Source: Acidobacteriota bacterium
GTDB taxonomy: Bacteria; Acidobacteriota; Vicinamibacteria; Fen-336
NCBI GenBank assembly: GCA_022340585.1
Contig: JAJDNS010000132.1
Span: 7,967 to 71,966 of the forward strand
Length of the DNA stretch: 64,000 bases
Reading direction: 5' to 3'
The notes under the pieces were generated by a model that made no database searches, was not told the DNA's origin, and saw only the letters and a list, made by a program, of their open reading frames with translations. Positions within the stretch are counted from its first letter, which is position 1, and each line of letters opens with the position of its first letter. Of the stretch, positions 19,393 to 29,891 are shown piece by piece. The position numbers and the translations under genes are program-made.

Positions 19393-19716
19393 ATGAAATA
19401 CTGGCGAAAACCCCTGGACCTCGACGAGGTCAAGATTCCCCGGGGCGACGTCTACGTCGTCGTGGAGCGCTGCAAGGGCTGCGGCTTCTGCGTCGAGTAC
19501 TGCCCCAAGGACGTCCTGGCCCTCTCCGAGGAGTTCAACCGCAAGGGCTATCACCCGCCCAAGGTCGTCAAGCACGGGGAGTGCGTCAACTGCAACCTCT
19601 GCGAGATGATCTGCCCCGACTTCGCCATCTTCAGCATGCCCTCCAACGCGCCGCCCGACGTGGTGGCGAAGGAGAAGGCGTCCCACGACGCGAAGGAGGC
19701 CACCATTGAAAGCTGA
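19393..19716 (+). CDS. korD: 2[4Fe-4S] ferredoxin, delta subunit of 2-oxoacid:ferredoxin oxidoreductase
   Basis: CKGCGFCVEYCP and CVNCNLCEMICPDFAI. Confidence 0.85.
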   Translation: MKYWRKPLDLDEVKIPRGDVYVVVERCKGCGFCVEYCPKDVLALSEEFNRKGYHPPKVVKHGECVNCNLCEMICPDFAIFSMPSNAPPDVVAKEKASHDAKEATIES

Positions 19717-20863
19717 TCCCCAGGGCGTCCTGACCGGCGTCCACTACCTCGATGGCGACTTCGCATGCGGCGAGGGCGCCATGGCCGCCGGCTGCCGGTT
19801 CGTGGCCGGCTACCCCATCACGCCCTCGACCGAGGTCGTGGAGCGCATCGCCCGCCGCTTCCCGATGATGGGCGGCACCTTCATCCAGATGGAGGACGAG
19901 CTCGCCAGCATGGCGGCGGTGGTGGGGGCGGCGTGGACCGGCACCAAGACCATGACCGTCACCAGCGGCCCGGGCTTCAGCCTGATGATGGAGAACATCG
20001 GACTCGGGGCCATGATGGAGACGCCCTGCGTGGTGGTGAACGTGCAGCGGGGCGGGCCCTCCACCGGCCTGCCGACCATGGTCGGCCAGGCCGACATGAT
20101 GCAGGCTCGCTGGGGCTCGCACGGGGACTACGAGCTCATCGCGCTCTGCCCCCGGTCGCCCCAGGAGGCCTTCGACTTCACCGTCGATGCCTTCAACCTG
20201 GCCGAGACCTACCGGGTGCCGGTGCTGGTCATGATGGACGAGTGCGTGGGGCACATGACCGAGAAGGTCGTGATCCCCCCCGCCGACGAGATCGACATCG
20301 TCCCCCGCAAGCTGACGAGCAAACCCCCGGGAGAGTTCCTGCCGTACGAGACAAACGGGAGCCCGGTTCCCGAGTTCGCCCGGGCCGGGGACGGCTACCG
20401 CTTCCACACCACCGGGCTCACCCACGACGAGCGGGGCTACCCGGAGATGAGCGCGGAGTGCCAGGAGAAGACGGTGCGCCGCCTGATCGAGAAGATCCGC
20501 AGCAAGGCCGACGAGATCACCCGCTTCGTGGAGCTCGACACCGAGGGGGCCGACGTGGTGGTGGTGAGCTATGGCATCACTTCCCGGGTGGCCCGCATGG
20601 GGGTCGAGCTCGCCCGCAAGAAGGGGGTCAAGGTCGGGGTGATGCGCCTCGAGATCGTCTGGCCCTTCCCCGAGACGCGGATCCGCGAGCTCGCGAAGAA
20701 GGTCAAGGCCTTCGTGGTGCCGGAGATCAACTACGGCCAGATCGTCCTCGAGGTCGAGCGCTGCGCCGGCGGCCAGGCCGCCGCGGTCCTCGTCCCCCAC
20801 GGAGGGGGCGGGGTCCACGACCCCGAGGACATCGCCAACGCCATCCTGGGAGCAGCGAAATGA
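19706..20863 (+). CDS. korA: 2-oxoacid:ferredoxin oxidoreductase alpha subunit (substrate not determinable)
   Basis: GYPITPSTE, QMEDE, TSGPGFSLM, QRGGPSTGLPT. Confidence 0.92.
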   Translation: MKADPQGVLTGVHYLDGDFACGEGAMAAGCRFVAGYPITPSTEVVERIARRFPMMGGTFIQMEDELASMAAVVGAAWTGTKTMTVTSGPGFSLMMENIGLGAMMETPCVVVNVQRGGPSTGLPTMVGQADMMQARWGSHGDYELIALCPRSPQEAFDFTVDAFNLAETYRVPVLVMMDECVGHMTEKVVIPPADEIDIVPRKLTSKPPGEFLPYETNGSPVPEFARAGDGYRFHTTGLTHDERGYPEMSAECQEKTVRRLIEKIRSKADEITRFVELDTEGADVVVVSYGITSRVARMGVELARKKGVKVGVMRLEIVWPFPETRIRELAKKVKAFVVPEINYGQIVLEVERCAGGQAAAVLVPHGGGGVHDPEDIANAILGAAK

Positions 20864-21762
20864 GCACCGTCGTGGAGGACCTTCACACCGACGTCGACGC
20901 CAACGAGCACCCCATCGCACCCTTCCTGCGAATGGACCGGATGCCGCACATCTGGTGCCCTACCTGCGGAATCGGGACCGTCGTCAAGTGTTTCGCCAGC
21001 GCCCTCGAGCAGACGCGAGTCGACCTGGACAAGGTGTCGATCGTCTCCGGCATCGGCTGCACGGGCCGCGTCGCGGGCTACATGAAGCTCGACGCCTTCC
21101 ACGCCACCCACGGGCGGGCCATCCCCTTCGCCACCGGCCTCAAGCTGGGCCGGCCCGAGCTCCTGGTGACGGTCTTCTCCGGGGACGGCGACCTCTCCGG
21201 AATCGGGGGCAACCACCTGATCCACGCCGCCCGGCGGAACCTCGACATCCTCTGTGTTCTCGTCAACAACTTCATCTATGGAATGACGGGCGGGCAGAAC
21301 GCCCCCACCACCCCGGTGGGCGCCCGCTCGTCGACGATGCCCTTCGGCAACTTCGAGCACCCCTTCAACCTGGTGCACCTGGCCGCGAGCTGCGGGGCCC
21401 CGTACGTGGCCCGGTGGACGTCGCTCCACATTCGCCGGTTGACGAAGACCTTCGCCGAGGCCCTGAACCGCAAGGGGTTCCGGTTCATCGAGGTGATCGC
21501 CCCCTGCTCGACGCTCTACGCCCGGCTGAACAAGCTGGGCTCCGGCCTCGACCTGATGCGCTTTTACCACGACAACGCCGAGATCCGGCACGGGGCCGAC
21601 ACCCGCGACGCCGCCATCGACTTCCAGGGGCGGATCCTCTGCGGGAAGTTCGTCGACGTCGAGAAGCCAACTTTCACCGACCTGATGCACGAGCACTACG
21701 AGAAGACCCTGGGCGACCGCTACGTGCCGATGAAGCCCGAGGGAGGGTGGATCCATGAATAG
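20860..21762 (+). CDS. korB: 2-oxoacid:ferredoxin oxidoreductase beta subunit (TPP-binding)
   Basis: WCPTCGIG, SGIGC, HGRAIPFATG, GDGD..IGGNH, NNFIYGMTGGQ; ATGA overlap. Confidence 0.92.
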   Translation: MSTVVEDLHTDVDANEHPIAPFLRMDRMPHIWCPTCGIGTVVKCFASALEQTRVDLDKVSIVSGIGCTGRVAGYMKLDAFHATHGRAIPFATGLKLGRPELLVTVFSGDGDLSGIGGNHLIHAARRNLDILCVLVNNFIYGMTGGQNAPTTPVGARSSTMPFGNFEHPFNLVHLAASCGAPYVARWTSLHIRRLTKTFAEALNRKGFRFIEVIAPCSTLYARLNKLGSGLDLMRFYHDNAEIRHGADTRDAAIDFQGRILCGKFVDVEKPTFTDLMHEHYEKTLGDRYVPMKPEGGWIHE

Positions 21763-22354
21763 GACCGAGATCCGCGTCACCGGTTACGGGGGCCAGGGCG
21801 TCGTGCTCTGCGCCTACGTCATCGGACGAGCCAACGCGGTCAACGCCGGGAACCACTCCACGATGATCCAGAGCTTCGGCCCCGAAGCCCGGGGGTCGGC
21901 CTGCTCCGCGACCCTCGTCCTGTCGGACGAGGAGATCCTCTATCCCTACATCCGCCGCCCCGACATCTTCGTGGCCATGTCCCTCGAGGGATACGACAAG
22001 CACCGGGAAGAGCTGAAGCCGAAGGGCACCCTCATCTACGAGAAGGACCTGGTGCCGGCCCGGCTCAGGAAGGGCCAGCCCTCCTTCGGGATCTCCTCGA
22101 CCCGCATCGCCGAGGGGCTGGGGCGGACGCTGGTCCAGAACATCGTGATGCTCGGCTTCTTCGCGGCGGTCTCCAGGCTCGTACCCCGGGAGCAGTTCCG
22201 CGAGGCGGTGGAGGCCTCCGTGCCGACGGGGACGGAGGAGCTGAACCTGAGGGCCTTCGACGCAGGGTGGTCCTACTTCGAAGAGCACTACGGTGCCGAC
22301 GCGCCGTCCGGCGACGCGGTGGCGGCGGCGGAGGTGGTCAGCCCCGTCGCCTAG
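21755..22354 (+). CDS. korC: 2-oxoacid:ferredoxin oxidoreductase gamma subunit
   Basis: [31 protein letters not shown]. Confidence 0.9.
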   Translation: MNRTEIRVTGYGGQGVVLCAYVIGRANAVNAGNHSTMIQSFGPEARGSACSATLVLSDEEILYPYIRRPDIFVAMSLEGYDKHREELKPKGTLIYEKDLVPARLRKGQPSFGISSTRIAEGLGRTLVQNIVMLGFFAAVSRLVPREQFREAVEASVPTGTEELNLRAFDAGWSYFEEHYGADAPSGDAVAAAEVVSPVA

Positions 22355-22398
22355 GACTGGATTCGGGCCTTCCACCGCGGGAGGCCCTGGAGGAAGAC

Positions 22399-25300
22399 GT
22401 GGACCTCGAGTCCCTGAAGACGGACACCGACCTGGAAGAGACGAAGACGACGGCCGACGACGTGGTCGAGATCGAGACGCGGGTGCAGAAGCGGGCTCTC
22501 GTCATCGGTGGGGGGATCGCCGGGATCCAGGCGGCCCTCGACCTCGCCAACGCAAGGGTGCCGGTGACCCTGGTGGAGAAGTCGCCCTCGCTGGGCGGAC
22601 GCATGGCCCAGCTGGACAAGACCTTCCCCACCATGGACTGCTCGATCTGAATCCTGGGCCCCAAGGCCCTGGATGCCGGTCGGCATCCGCTCATCGACGT
22701 CGTCACGAACGCCGAGGTCACCGGTTGCGAGGGCGAGCCCGGTGACTTCCGGATCTCCGTGCGCAAGCACCCCCGCTTCGTCCGCGAGGACCTGTGCGTG
22801 GCCTGCGGGCTCTGCGTGGACGCCTGCCCCCAGGTGGGGGGCAACGAGTTCGACGTGGGCCTCAAGGCCCGCAAGGCGATCTACCGCCCCTTCCCGCAGT
22901 CGGTCCCTGCGACCTACGTCGTCGACCGGGAGTCCTGCCTCAACTTCATGCCGCACCTGACGCCGAAGCAGCGAACGAGGCTCAAGAAGGTCGAGCGTCT
23001 GAAGCACAACAAGCGTCCCGACTACCCGCCGAACATCCTCGTCTGCGGCCACTGCGAGGCGGCCTGCGACGTGAACGCCATCGACTTCGACATGCTGCCC
23101 GAGGACCTGGAGCTGCGAGTGGGCTCGGTCGTGGTGGCCGTGGGCTTCCAGGAGTTCGACGCCCGCAAGCTCGGCAACTACGGCTACGGGCGCTTTCCCA
23201 ACGTCGTCACCAGCCTCGAGCTCGAGAGGATGCTCAACGCGTCGGGAGTCACCCGGGGCCACGTGGTCCGCCCCTCCGACGGAAAGACCCCGCGGCGCAT
23301 CGTCTTCGTCCAGTGCGTGGGGGCTCGGGGTGAAGGGGGACGCCCCTACTGCAGCCGCTTCTGCTGCATGAACGCGGTCAAGGACTCGATGCTCCTGCGC
23401 CAGCACGATCCCGAGGTCGAGGACGTCACCGTCCTCTACACAGACATGAGGGCCTTCGGAAAGGGCTTCGACGACTTCGTGAAGCGCTCCCTCGAGGAGC
23501 AGAGCGCCCGCTACCTCCGCGGCCGTCCGGCCAAGATCGAGCGGGTCGGGGAAGACGACACGCTGGAAGTCTTCGTCGAGGACACCCTCCGCCACGAGCA
23601 GCGCCGCATCCCCGCCGACCTCGTGGTCCTGTCGGTGGCGGCGGCCCCGAACGACGGCGCGCGGAAGCTGGCCGAGGCCCTCGGCATCGAGACCGACCCC
23701 TACGGCTTCATCGCCCGGGAGGACCCCGCCATCTCGGCGGTGGAGACCCGCCGGGAGGGCGTCTACGTCTGCGGCAGCGCCGTGGGGCCCCAGGTCATCC
23801 CGGACTGCGTGGCCCAGGCCTCGGCGGCGGCAGCCCGGGCCCAGCTCTACCTCAGCGGCGAGCGCGTCGACCGCACCGAGGCCCCGGTTGAGCCCATGGA
23901 CCTCTCGGGGCCCCCCCGGGTGGGCGTCCTCGTCTGCCACTGCGGCGTCAACATCGGCGGGGTTCTCGACGTCGAGGCGCTGGCGCACGAAGCGGGGCGC
24001 CTGCCCGGAGTGGTGGCCGCGAAGGCGCACCTGTTTGCCTGCTCCACCGCCGGGCAGGAGGAGATGCTCGAGCTGATCCGCGAGCACGGGCTCAACCGCG
24101 TGGTGGTGGCGGCCTGCACCCCGCGCACCCACGAGCCGGTCTTCCGCGAGGGCCTGGCCCAGATCGGCTTCAACCCGTACCTGCTGGAGATGGTGAACAT
24201 CCGGGACCAGGTCTCCTGGGTCCACGCCCGGGAGCCCGACGCGGCCCAGGAGAAGGCGCGCGCCCTCATCCGGATGGGCGTGGCCCGCGCCCGCCATCTG
24301 GAGCCGCTCCAGGAGTCGAAGGCCCCCATGACCCGGGCCGCCCTCGTGGTGGGAGGAGGCATCGCCGGCATCCAGGCCGCCACGGACTTGGCGGTGCAGG
24401 GCTTCCCGGTCACGCTGGTCGAGAAGCAGGGCCGCCTCGGGGGACGCCTGGCCGCTCCGCACCTGAAGTTCCTGTACCCGAACATGCGGCCGGCGGCGGA
24501 GGTCCTCGAGCAGAAGCTCGACCGCCTGCGCAGGAGCGGCGCCCGAGTCCTACTCAACACCGAGGTCGCCGCCGTCCGCGGCTTCGTGGGCAGCTTCGAG
24601 GTGGACCTCGAGGGGCCCGCCCCGGAGACGCTGCCGGTGGGCGCCCTCGTCCTGGCCATCGGGGCCGACCTCCACGACCCCCGGGGCGAGTTCGGGTACG
24701 GCGAGCTGCCCAACGTCATCACCAGCGACGAGCTGGAGCGGGTGTTCTGCGAGACCCCGGTCGACGGGCCCGTCGGGGACGGGCGGCCCTCCTCGGCGTC
24801 GTTCATCCTGTGCGTGGGCTCCCGTGAAAAGGAGGGCAGCTGCACCGGCTGCTCGCGGTACTGCTGTCCCACCGCGGTCAAGCAGGCGATGATGCTCGCC
24901 GAGCGGGGCATCGACACCACCGTCTTCTACCGGGACATCCGGACGGTTTCCAGCGGGGCCGAGGAGATGTACCGCGCGGCTCGGGGCATGGGCGTCCTCT
25001 TCGTGCGTGTTCCCCCCGACCAGAAGCCCGAGGTGGTGGGCGAGGGACGGGCCGAGGTGGTGCGCTGCCACGACGACCTGCTGAACCGCACCGTCGAGGT
25101 CTCCACCGACCTGGTGGTCCTCAGCGTGGGCATGCGGCCGCGCCAGCCCGACACGAAGCGCCTGCACGAGATGCTCAAGGCCAGCGTGGGTCTCGACGGC
25201 TTCTTCCTCGAGCGCCACCCCGAACTCGCCCCGGTGGAGACCGCGGTCGAAGGGGTGCTCCTGGCGGGAACGGCCCAGGGCCCGAAGGACATCGTCGACA

Positions 25301-25623
25301 GCGTGGCCCAGGCCTCGGCCGCGGCCGCGAAGGCCTCGGTCTTCCTCGCTCACGACGAGGTGACCCTCGACCCGGCGGTGGCCGAGGTCGACGAGGAGCG
25401 CTGCCGCGCCTGTGGCGACTGCGTGGAGATCTGCCAGTTCCATGCCCCCGAGCTCGTGGCCACCGCCGACGGGGGACACGTGGCCCGCATCAACGCATCT
25501 CTGTGCAAGGGCTGCGGCACCTGCGCCAGCTGGTGCCCGTCGGGGGCCATCACCTGCCACCACTTCACCGACCGTCAGATCACCGCCCAGATCGACGCCT
25601 TCTTCGCGGAGGCCGCACCATGA
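22399..25623 (+). CDS. hdrA: HdrA-like flavoprotein 1 with two tandem FAD modules; selenoprotein (in-frame TGA 22648-22650)
   Basis: GTG with GGAGG SD; VIGGGIAG...[20 protein letters not shown] continues in frame into ORF 22759-25623; ferredoxin motifs, YCSRFCC, second GGGIAG core. Confidence 0.88.
22671..22688 (+). promoter_or_regulatory. Bacterial SECIS-like hairpin of hdrA-1
   Basis: GGATGCC-GGTC-GGCATCC, 20 nt after the TGA. Confidence 0.8.
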
Positions 25624-26099
25624 CCGCTCCCGCCGCGGGCTTCACCCCCCGCCTCGTGGTCTTCGCCTGCAACTGGTGCTCCTACGCCGGGGCCGACACC
25701 GCGGGAGTCTCCCGCATCCAGCACCAGCCCCACTTCCGCATGATCCGGGTCATGTGCTCGGGGCGCATCCAGCCGGGGTTCGTCCTCCGCGCCTTCGAGA
25801 AGGGGGCGGACGGGGTGCTGGTGTCGGGGTGTCACATCGGGGACTGCCACTACCAGTTCGGGAACGAGAAGGCGATCGAGCAGTTCGAGAAGACGAAGAG
25901 CGTGGTCCGCATGCTGGGGCTCGAGGAGGGACGCCTGCGCCTCGAGTGGATCAGCGCCGCCGAGGGGGCGCGGTTCGCCCAGGTGATCGACGAATTCATC
26001 GAGCAGCTCCGAAAGCTGGGCCCGAGCCCGCTGGCGGGAAACGGCCGGTCGGCCGAAGTCCCGGCTCCCGAAGCTGAGGAGGTCGAAGCCCGTGTCTGA
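25620..26099 (+). CDS. mvhD: MvhD-like [2Fe-2S] subunit
   Basis: [39 protein letters not shown]; ATGA overlap. Confidence 0.92.
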   Translation: MTAPAAGFTPRLVVFACNWCSYAGADTAGVSRIQHQPHFRMIRVMCSGRIQPGFVLRAFEKGADGVLVSGCHIGDCHYQFGNEKAIEQFEKTKSVVRMLGLEEGRLRLEWISAAEGARFAQVIDEFIEQLRKLGPSPLAGNGRSAEVPAPEAEEVEARV

Positions 26100-27255
26100 G
26101 CTCCAGGCGATCACCGGCGGCACGCGGACCTGGGCCTGCTACGACTGCGGAAAGTGCACCGCGACGTGCCCCATCTCCCGGGCGGGGGCCGCCTACAGCC
26201 CCCGCCGCCACGTCCTCGCTGCCAACTCGGGACGGAAGACCGAGGTCATCGAGGATTCCCGTTCGCTGTTCGAGTGCCTCACGTGCAGCCTCTGCGACAG
26301 CCGCTGCCCGGCCGACGTCGCCTACACCCCGCTGGTCCAGAAGCTGAGGGAGGTGGCCTACGAGGAGGGCGTCGAGCCGGACTGTCCCCACGGCGGGGCC
26401 CTGCAGTCGCTCATGCGGATGATGGCCCAGGGCGGGACGCAGCAGAACCGCCTGGGGTGGCTCACCGAAGACCTGAAGACCACGCCGGACCGGGGAGAGG
26501 TCTTCTACTTCACCGGCTGCACGATGTACTTCGACGCGCTCTTCCCGGAACTCGAGGCACACACCCTCGACGCTACGCGAGCGGCGGTCACCCTCATGAA
26601 CAGGCTGGGCATCACCCCCGTGGTGTCACCCGAGGAGCGGTGCTGTGGCCACGACCTGCTGTGGAACGGGGATCGCAAGGGCTTCGAGGCCCTGGCTCGA
26701 TTCAACATCGACCTCGTGACGAAGAGCGGGGCCGAGACGCTGGTCGCGTCCTGCGCGGAGTGCGTGCGGACCTGGAAGCTCGACTTCGAGCCGCTCTTCG
26801 AGGGCAAGCCCCCGAAGATCGTCCACATCGCCGAGCTCCTGGCCGAGCGCCTCGGGGAGCTTCCCCTCAAGGGGAACGGCGGGCGCAAGGTGACCTACCA
26901 GGACCCGTGCCGCCTGGGGCGCCACCTCGGCGTCTACGACCCGCCGCGGAACGTCCTCGACGGCCTCCCCGGGGTCGAGCGGGTCGAGATGCCCCGGTCC
27001 GGCAAGCGGGCCCAGTGCTGCGCCGGCGGCACCTGGTCCCACTGCGACCGCTTCGCCAAGTCGATCCAGGTCGACCGACTCAAGGAGGCCCGGGCCACCG
27101 GGGCGGACGTCCTCGCCACCGCGTGCCCGAAGTGCCAGATCCACTACCGGTGCGCCATGAAGGACCCGAATCTCGGCGGAGAGATCGGGATCGAGATGCG
27201 CGACGTGGCCCAGCTGGCCGTGGAGGCGCTGGGCGACGAGAACACGTCGCATTGA
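26092..27255 (+). CDS. HdrD-like Fe-S protein (two [4Fe-4S] motifs plus two CCG domains)
   Basis: [49 protein letters not shown]. Confidence 0.85.
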   Translation: MSELQAITGGTRTWACYDCGKCTATCPISRAGAAYSPRRHVLAANSGRKTEVIEDSRSLFECLTCSLCDSRCPADVAYTPLVQKLREVAYEEGVEPDCPHGGALQSLMRMMAQGGTQQNRLGWLTEDLKTTPDRGEVFYFTGCTMYFDALFPELEAHTLDATRAAVTLMNRLGITPVVSPEERCCGHDLLWNGDRKGFEALARFNIDLVTKSGAETLVASCAECVRTWKLDFEPLFEGKPPKIVHIAELLAERLGELPLKGNGGRKVTYQDPCRLGRHLGVYDPPRNVLDGLPGVERVEMPRSGKRAQCCAGGTWSHCDRFAKSIQVDRLKEARATGADVLATACPKCQIHYRCAMKDPNLGGEIGIEMRDVAQLAVEALGDENTSH

Positions 27256-27275
27256 GAGAGGGAAGGAAGGACAGC

Positions 27276-29732
27276 ATGAGTCCTGAGCCGACCAATGGGG
27301 ATCTGAGGGTCGGTGTCTTCGTCTGCGACTGCGGGCTGAACATCGCGGGAGCGGTGGACTGCGGGGCGGTGACCGCCTACGCCGAGACCCTCCCGGATGT
27401 CATCTGCGCGGTTCGCAACAAGTACACCTGCGCGGACCCCGGCCAGAACGAGATCAAGGACGCGATCCAGAAGCACAAGCTGAACCGGGTCGTCGTCGCC
27501 TCCTGCACGCCGCGGCAGCACGAGCCCACCTTCCGGCAGTGCGTGCTCGAGGCCGGTCTCAACCCCTACCTCATGGAGATGGCCAACCTCCGCGAGCACT
27601 GCTCCTGGGTCCACCCGGGCGACCGCGAGGGCGCCACCGCCAAGGCCATGGACCTCGTGGCCAGCGCGGTGGCCAAGGCGCGGCTGCTCGAGCCCCAGGA
27701 GGAGATGGAGGTGCCCGTGACGAAGCGGGCGCTGGTCATCGGCGGAGGGGTGGCCGGGATCGAGGCAGCTCTCGAGCTGGCCGACGCCGGGCACCCGGTG
27801 ACCCTGGTCGAGAAGGAAGCGTCCATCGGCGGGATCATGGCCCAGCTGGACAAGACCTATCCCACGATGGATTGCAGCATATGAATTCTCGGCCCTAAGG
27901 CCATCGATGCCGGTCGGCATCGCAACATCGAGCTGCTGACGTACTCGGAAGTGGAAGACGTTGCCGGATACATCGGCAACTTCTCGGTCAAGATTCGCAA
28001 GAAGGCGCGCTACGTCGACTTCACTTCCTGCAACGCCTGTGGCGAGTGTTCCCAGGTGTGCCCGGTGACCCAGCCGGACGAGTACCAGATGGGCCTCTCG
28101 TCCCGCAAGGCCATCTACATCCCCTTCCCCCAGGCCGTGCCGTGCTCGTACATCCTCGACATGGACCACTGCCTCGGGAACAACCCCATCGCCTGCGGGA
28201 AGTGCCAGGACGTCTGCGAGAAGCAGGCCATCAACTACGACGACGCGGACGAGGTGGTCACCCGAGAGGTCGGAGCCATCATCGTGGCCATCGGCCTCGA
28301 CGTGTACGACCCCACCGAGATGGACGAGTACGGGTACACCCGCTACGACAACGTGATCACCTCCATGGAGTTCGAGCGGCTGATCTGCGCCGGTGGCCCC
28401 ACCGCCGGCCACTTCGTGCGCCCCGGGGACGGCCAGCGCCCGAAGAGGATCGGCTTCGTCCAGTGCGTTGGCTCGCGCAACCCGAAGATCGGTCGGCCCT
28501 GGTGCTCGAACATCTGCTGCATGAACACGATCAAGGACACCCTGCTCCTGGCCGACCACTATCCCGACGTGGAGAACGTCGTCTACTACCAGGACATCCG
28601 GGCCTTCGGGAAATCGTTCGAGGACATGTTCCAGCGCTCCAAGGAGAAGGGGACGCGGTACGTCCGCGGGCTGCCCGGCGACGTCGAGGAGAACCCGACG
28701 AACGGGAACCTGCTGGTCACGGTGGAGAACACCACCAGCGGCAAGCTCGAGCGCCACGAGCTCGACATGCTCGTTCTCTCGGTCGGCGTCGAGCCCCCCA
28801 AGGATCTGGCGAAGATCTCCAGCCTGCTCACCCTCTCCAAGACGTCGGACGGCTTTCTCATGGAGTCCCACCCCAAGCTCAAGCCGGTGGACGCGCCCAC
28901 TCGGGGCGTCTACTTCGCCGGCTTCTGCGAGTCGCCCAAGGACATCAAGGACTCGGTCTGCCAGGCGGGGGCGGCGTCGTCGCGAGCGGGGGCGCTCCTG
29001 AACGCGGGCAAGATCACCATCGAGGCCATCACCAGCCAGATCGACGCCGAGCTCTGCACCAAGTGCGGGATCTGCTCCCGGGTCTGCCCCTACGGCGCCA
29101 TCACCTGGAAGAAGGGGGAGGTCGCGACGGTGGTCGAGGCCGCCTGCGCCGGGTGCGGGGCGTGCGGGGCGAGCTGCAACTTCGGCGCCATCACCATGCG
29201 CCACTTCACCGACCAGCAGCTCGTGGCCCAGGTCCGGGCCATCCTCGCCGAGAAGCCCAGGGACAAGGTGATGGTCTTCGCCTGCAACTGGTGCTCGTAC
29301 GCCGGCGGGGACATGGCGGGGATCTCGAGGATCCAGTACCCCGCGACCAACCGGGTGATGCGAACGATGTGCTCGGCCCGGGTGTCGGAGGAGATGGTCC
29401 TTGAGGCCTTCCGGGCCGGGGCTCCGGTGGTCCTCGTCTCCGGCTGCCACTACGCGGACTGCCACTATATCAACGCCAACCGCCAGACCGTCCAGCGGGT
29501 GCAGAAGCTGTGGAACACCCTCGAGCGCAAGGGGGTGCGGCCCGAGCGACTCCAGCTCGAGTGGATCAGCGCCGCGGAAGGGCAGAAGTTCGCCAAGGTC
29601 ATGAAGCAGCTGGAGGAGCTTCGTCAGACCGTGACCGACGAGGAGATCGAGACGGCGAAGGAGGCCCTCAAGCCCAAGCCGAAGAAGAAGCCGAAGCCCA
29701 AGGCCGAAGCGGCCGCGGCGGCGGCGCCGTAG
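27276..29732 (+). CDS. hdrA: HdrA-MvhD fusion protein 2; selenoprotein (in-frame TGA 27882-27884)
   Basis: [43 protein letters not shown] in frame with ORF 27951-29732; C-terminal [19 protein letters not shown]. Confidence 0.9.
27905..27922 (+). promoter_or_regulatory. Bacterial SECIS-like hairpin of hdrA-2
   Basis: CGATGCC-GGTC-GGCATCG, 20 nt after the TGA. Confidence 0.8.
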
Positions 29733-29747
29733 GGGAGGGAGCCGGCC

Positions 29748-29891
29748 ATGGCCACCACGGAGACGTTCCGCTGCATGATGTGCGGCCACGAGTATCAGGA
29801 ACGAGTGGAGCGCGGGGAGGACAAGGAGCGTTCCTGTCCCAAGTGCCGCTCCAACAGCATCCGTCACCTGAAGAACGCGGGGAAGAAGTGA
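29748..29891 (+). CDS. 47-aa zinc-ribbon/rubredoxin-like protein (absent from the ORF track)
   Basis: MATTETFRCMMCGHEYQERVERGEDKERSCPKCRSNSIRHLKNAGKK; GGAGG SD; GTGA overlap with the next gene. Confidence 0.8.
   Translation: MATTETFRCMMCGHEYQERVERGEDKERSCPKCRSNSIRHLKNAGKK

Noticed and set aside
25620-26099. Selenocysteine in MvhD domains
   Set aside because: All cluster ligands are Cys codons in both the stand-alone and fused MvhD; no in-frame TGA
22648-27884. Interpreting the two hdrA genes as nonsense pseudogenes or four separate ORFs
   Set aside because: Same codon position in both paralogs, aligned to a conserved Cys, frame preserved, and matching downstream hairpins; Sec recoding fits far better
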